Origin: Planctomycetota bacterium
GTDB taxonomy: Bacteria > Planctomycetota > JAJSAM01 > JAJVHW01
DNA: 57,600 nt
Reading direction: 5' to 3'
NCBI GenBank assembly: GCA_022072415.1
Contig: JAJVHW010000041.1
Span: 1 to 57,600 of the forward strand
The position numbers were made by a program, and so were the translations under genes. Below, in pieces: positions 54,388 through 57,600 of the stretch. Positions within the stretch are counted from its first letter, which is position 1, and each line of letters starts with the position of its first letter. The notes below the pieces were generated by a model. The model saw nothing but the letters and a program-made list of their open reading frames with translations. It ran no database searches and was not told where the DNA came from.

Positions 54388-55931
54388 TTCAGCCGCTGCG
54401 CGTCCGGATTCCCGCTCTCGATCCTCGCGACCGCGCGGCGCACGAAGGGATCGAGGTCCCGCCAGAACGGGTCCGGGTCCTTCTGGAGTTCCTCGAGCTT
54501 CGGGAGGCCCTTCTTCACGCAGATCCGCCCGATGGCGTCCACGTAGGTGCGGGCGAGTTCGAAGTCCCCCTTCGCCGAGCCGACGCGCGCGAGCACGGCC
54601 TCCAGCGCCGCGGGATCCCGGCCCTCCGCGATCCCTGCGGCCGCGGATCTCCGCACGCCGGGGTCCGCGTCGTCGAGCGCGGACACGAGCGACGCGGTCG
54701 CCTTCTTCGACCCGGTGGCGCCGAGCGCCTGCAGCACGAGCGAGCGCACGAACGGATCCATGTCGGGCCGGAGCGACGAGGAGAGCGCGACGGCGGCCTC
54801 GTCCCCCTTGCCGCGCGAGAGCGCGTACGCCGCGTAGCCCTGCACGTCGGACTTCGGACCGGTGGCGAGGCGCACGACGTCGCGGTACGCGTCGCCGCCC
54901 ATCCCCGCCGCCACCGAGATCGCGCTCGCGTAGATACGCGCCTTGGAGTCCTCGTCGTCGGCCTTCCATGCGACCGACTCGAGGTTCCGGAGGATCTGCA
55001 GCACCTCCGCGCGGAGTTCCGGGCCGGTGCGGTCGGCGGACTGGGTGGCGAGGCGGAGGAGCGTCTCGATCCGCCGCACGTCGCCTTCGGCCCGCGCGAG
55101 CCGCATGGACCCGGCGAGGGCCCCGTCGGCGCCCTTCGCGCGGGCGAGCGCGGAGACGAGCGCGTCGGTGGTCTCGTCGTCGGGGTGCGCGTCGAGCGCG
55201 CCGAGGAGGAACGGCACCGCGTCGCCGCCCATCGCCGCGAGCGCGAACACCGCGCGGCGCCCGAGCGGCCCCGAGAGGTCCGCCTTCGCGAGGTCCATCA
55301 CGGCGACGACGCCCGCGGCCTGGCCGCTCCGGGAGAGCGCGTCGAGCGCCGCGATCCGCACGGATTCCGGCGCGGTCGCGTCGGACGCGAGCGAGGCGAG
55401 CGCGTGGCCGGTGGCGTCGTCGTGGATGCGGCCGAGCGCGGCGACCGCGTCGAGGCGGAGCCCTTCGTCGCGAAGCAGCGCGAGCAGCGACTCCACGACG
55501 TCGCGCGGGACGGTCTTCCCCTTCGCCTCCCACTCGTCGATCTGGCGGAGGAGTTCCTCCCAGACGCGCAGGCGGAGCACCTTCCGGAGCGAGTCCTCGT
55601 TGATCTCGAAGACGTCGCCCTCGGGTTCGCGTCCGCCCTTCCCGACCGGGAGCAGGGAGTCCTCGATGCCCTCGTCCTCGTCGCCCTCGTCCTCCTCCTG
55701 GACGGCCCCGGCGCGCGGCTTCCGGACGCCCGAGCGCGGGAGCCCGGGACCGACGACCTCGCCGTCGCCTCCGCCGGAGAGCCCGTCGTCCTCCGGCTCG
55801 CCGGACGTCGCCAGGTACCAGAGGCTCCCGGCGCCGACCGCCACGATGGCGACCAGCGCGGCGACGACGAGGCCCTTCGACGCGGCGGCGCCGTGGCGGC
55901 GCGGGGCGTGCGGGGAGGAGGGACGGCGCAT
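54384..55931 (-). CDS. Membrane-anchored HEAT-repeat protein
   Basis: N-terminal TM helix, acidic linker, repeats such as VRIAALDALS, VRSLVLQALG, DPGVRRSAAAGI, DPFVRRAV; start reset to 55931. Confidence 0.8.
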   Translation of the reverse strand: MRRPSSPHAPRRHGAAASKGLVVAALVAIVAVGAGSLWYLATSGEPEDDGLSGGGDGEVVGPGLPRSGVRKPRAGAVQEEDEGDEDEGIEDSLLPVGKGGREPEGDVFEINEDSLRKVLRLRVWEELLRQIDEWEAKGKTVPRDVVESLLALLRDEGLRLDAVAALGRIHDDATGHALASLASDATAPESVRIAALDALSRSGQAAGVVAVMDLAKADLSGPLGRRAVFALAAMGGDAVPFLLGALDAHPDDETTDALVSALARAKGADGALAGSMRLARAEGDVRRIETLLRLATQSADRTGPELRAEVLQILRNLESVAWKADDEDSKARIYASAISVAAGMGGDAYRDVVRLATGPKSDVQGYAAYALSRGKGDEAAVALSSSLRPDMDPFVRSLVLQALGATGSKKATASLVSALDDADPGVRRSAAAGIAEGRDPAALEAVLARVGSAKGDFELARTYVDAIGRICVKKGLPKLEELQKDPDPFWRDLDPFVRRAVARIESGNPDAQRLK

Positions 55932-56019
55932 GGGGGTCACCGAGAGTACCGGAAGCCCGGGAGGAGGAGAGAGGAGGGCCCGCACGCCCCGACGTCCCCT
56001 TGGACGGACGGCGCGGCCG

Positions 56020-56700
56020 TCAGTTCCCTGGATTCGCGCGACGCCCGGCGGCCTCGACGAGCGCGCGGAAGAGGCCGGACGCGAGTTCCTCGTCGTTCCC
56101 TTCGCGTTCGGGGTGCCACTGCACGCCGACGAAGAACCCGTCCCCCGCCTCCACGCCTTCGACCACCCCGTCGCCGCACCGCGCCGACGCGACCAGTCCG
56201 CGGCCGAGGCGACCGACCGCCTGGTGGTGCCACGAATTGACGCGCGCACGTTCGGCGCCCCGGAGCCGGCGCACATGAGTCCCGGGGGCGAGCGCCACCT
56301 CGTGGACGTGCCCCTTCGCGTGCATCCCCGCGCCGGGAAGGTCGGGGACGTGCTGCACGAGCGTCCCCCCCATCGCGACGTTCATCACCTGCCCGCCGCG
56401 GCAGACGCCGAGCATCGGGACGCGCCGCTCCGCGGCTGCGCGGACGAGGGCGATCTCGTAGGCGTCGCGGATCGCGGGGACGAGTTCCACCGTCGGGTGG
56501 TTCTCCTCGCCCCAGTGTCGCGCATCCACGTCGTCGCCGCCGCAGAGGACGAGCGCGTCGAAGCGCGCGGCGTCCTTCTGCGCGTCGCCGGTCCACGGGA
56601 GGACCTCGTACGAGCCGCCCGCGGACGTCACGCGCTCCGCGTAGAGCCGGAGCTTCTCCTCCTTCCCCTGGTCGGCGATCCCGACGCGGATCCGTCGCAT
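56020..56700 (-). CDS. Peptidase C26 / gamma-glutamyl-gamma-aminobutyrate hydrolase-like class I glutamine amidotransferase
   Basis: GGDDV, RDAYE, GVCRGGQVMNVAMGGTL, VNSWHHQ, GVQWHPE; start reset to 56700. Confidence 0.9.
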   Translation of the reverse strand: MRRIRVGIADQGKEEKLRLYAERVTSAGGSYEVLPWTGDAQKDAARFDALVLCGGDDVDARHWGEENHPTVELVPAIRDAYEIALVRAAAERRVPMLGVCRGGQVMNVAMGGTLVQHVPDLPGAGMHAKGHVHEVALAPGTHVRRLRGAERARVNSWHHQAVGRLGRGLVASARCGDGVVEGVEAGDGFFVGVQWHPEREGNDEELASGLFRALVEAAGRRANPGN

Positions 56701-56744
56701 CGGCGAAGCGTAGCCGCGGCGCACGGCGCCGCTAGATTCCGGCG
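56701..56744. promoter_or_regulatory. Divergent pair of -10 elements directly before both ATGs
   Basis: Minus: TACGCT-6 nt-ATG (56700); plus: TAGATT-6 nt-ATG (56745); no SD. Confidence 0.55.
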
Positions 56745-57600
56745 ATGCGGAACACACGCGGCGGCGGTCCGGCGCACGAGGCGGAGGCGCCCGCGCGGAT
56801 CGACCTCGCCGGCGGCACGGTGGACATCTGGCCGATCTGCCTGATCGAACCCGGCGCCGTGACGGTGAACCTCGCGGTGGACCGCCTCGCGAAGGCGCGG
56901 GTGCGCGCGCGCGACGACGGGTCCTTCGTGCTCGCGGCGGAAGACCGGCGCATGTCGGCGCGGCACGCGGACCGCGCGTCGCTCGGGACGGAACGGTCGC
57001 TCCCGCTCCATCGCGAGGTGGCGCTCGCGTTCGCCGGCCCGGGCGGGTTCGAGGTCCGCACGCGGAGCGGCGTGCCCGCCGGGTCGGGGATGGGCGGATC
57101 GTCCACGCTCTTCGTCGCGGCGACGGTGGCCGCGATGCGCGCGACCGGCGCGTCGCTCACCGCGCGGGAGTTCCTCCGGCAGGTGATCGACATGGAGGCG
57201 CGGATCATCGGCGTGCCGACGGGCGCGCAGGACTACGTGTCCGCGATGTTCGGCGGACTCTCCGCGATCCGCTACCCGCCGGGCGGCGCGGCGCGGGAGG
57301 CGGTGCCCGCGGACCTCGGCGCCGTGGCGGGCCGGATCGTCCTCGCGTGGACCGGGGACCCCCACGACTCGGCGACGAACAACTGGGCGATCACGAAGGC
57401 ATACCTCGACGGCGACGCCTCGGTGCGCCGCGACATGGCCGCGATCGCGGCCGCCGCGCGCGATCTCGAGCAGGCGCTCCGCGCGGGCGACCTCGACGCG
57501 GCGGGGCGCGCCGTCGACGCCGAGTGGACGGCGCGGCGGCGACTCGCCCCGGGCGTCACCACGGCGAGGATCGAGCGCATCGGCCGGGCGGCGCGGAAGG
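56745..57600 (+). CDS. Partial GHMP-family sugar kinase (HddA-like)
   Basis: Hand translation APARIDLAGGTVDIWP, PAGSGMGGSS (GHMP motif II), TGAQDY; open to the window end so missing from the ORF track. Confidence 0.85.
   Translation, partial: MRNTRGGGPAHEAEAPARIDLAGGTVDIWPICLIEPGAVTVNLAVDRLAKARVRARDDGSFVLAAEDRRMSARHADRASLGTERSLPLHREVALAFAGPGGFEVRTRSGVPAGSGMGGSSTLFVAATVAAMRATGASLTAREFLRQVIDMEARIIGVPTGAQDYVSAMFGGLSAIRYPPGGAAREAVPADLGAVAGRIVLAWTGDPHDSATNNWAITKAYLDGDASVRRDMAAIAAAARDLEQALRAGDLDAAGRAVDAEWTARRRLAPGVTTARIERIGRAARK

Overview
Very GC-rich bacterial chromosomal window, most likely from a member of Planctomycetota. Supporting signatures: EF-Tu with '[16 protein letters not shown]' in switch I, SecE starting 'YKPGQG', RpoB 'GELSQVVDQ', no rpmD, and a short PheT. 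About 34 kb (13.5-47.1 kb, all minus strand) is one uninterrupted translation/transcription supercluster: tRNA-Thr/Tyr/Gly/Thr, tuf, rpmG, tRNA-Trp, secE, nusG, rplKAJL, rpoBC, rpsLG, fusA, the S10 and spc blocks, secY, adk, map, an infA-like gene, rpmJ, rpsMKD, rpoA, rplQ. It is followed by hypothetical-miaB-ribD. The left arm holds a 6S RNA, pheTS, rplT, rpmI, infC, aspS, ndk and two exported hypothetical proteins. The right arm holds aroC, a ricin-lectin lipoprotein, spoVR-yeaH-prkA, vanZ, a HEAT-repeat protein, a C26 peptidase and a partial GHMP kinase. I found no mobile element, CRISPR array or defence system, and I cannot point to a clear-cut new multi-gene system. The best leads are: recurrent apparently leaderless genes, including two back-to-back divergent pairs; a strongly degenerate IF-1 in the infA slot; a str-operon EF-G with eroded domain IV; an ATC-start infC behind a uORF-plus-hairpin leader; an antisense Zn-ribbon microprotein gene with a long hairpin inside the tRNA cluster; two related short tandem arrays; and an unknown protein coupled to miaB-ribD. 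All calls were made by eye, with no database searches.
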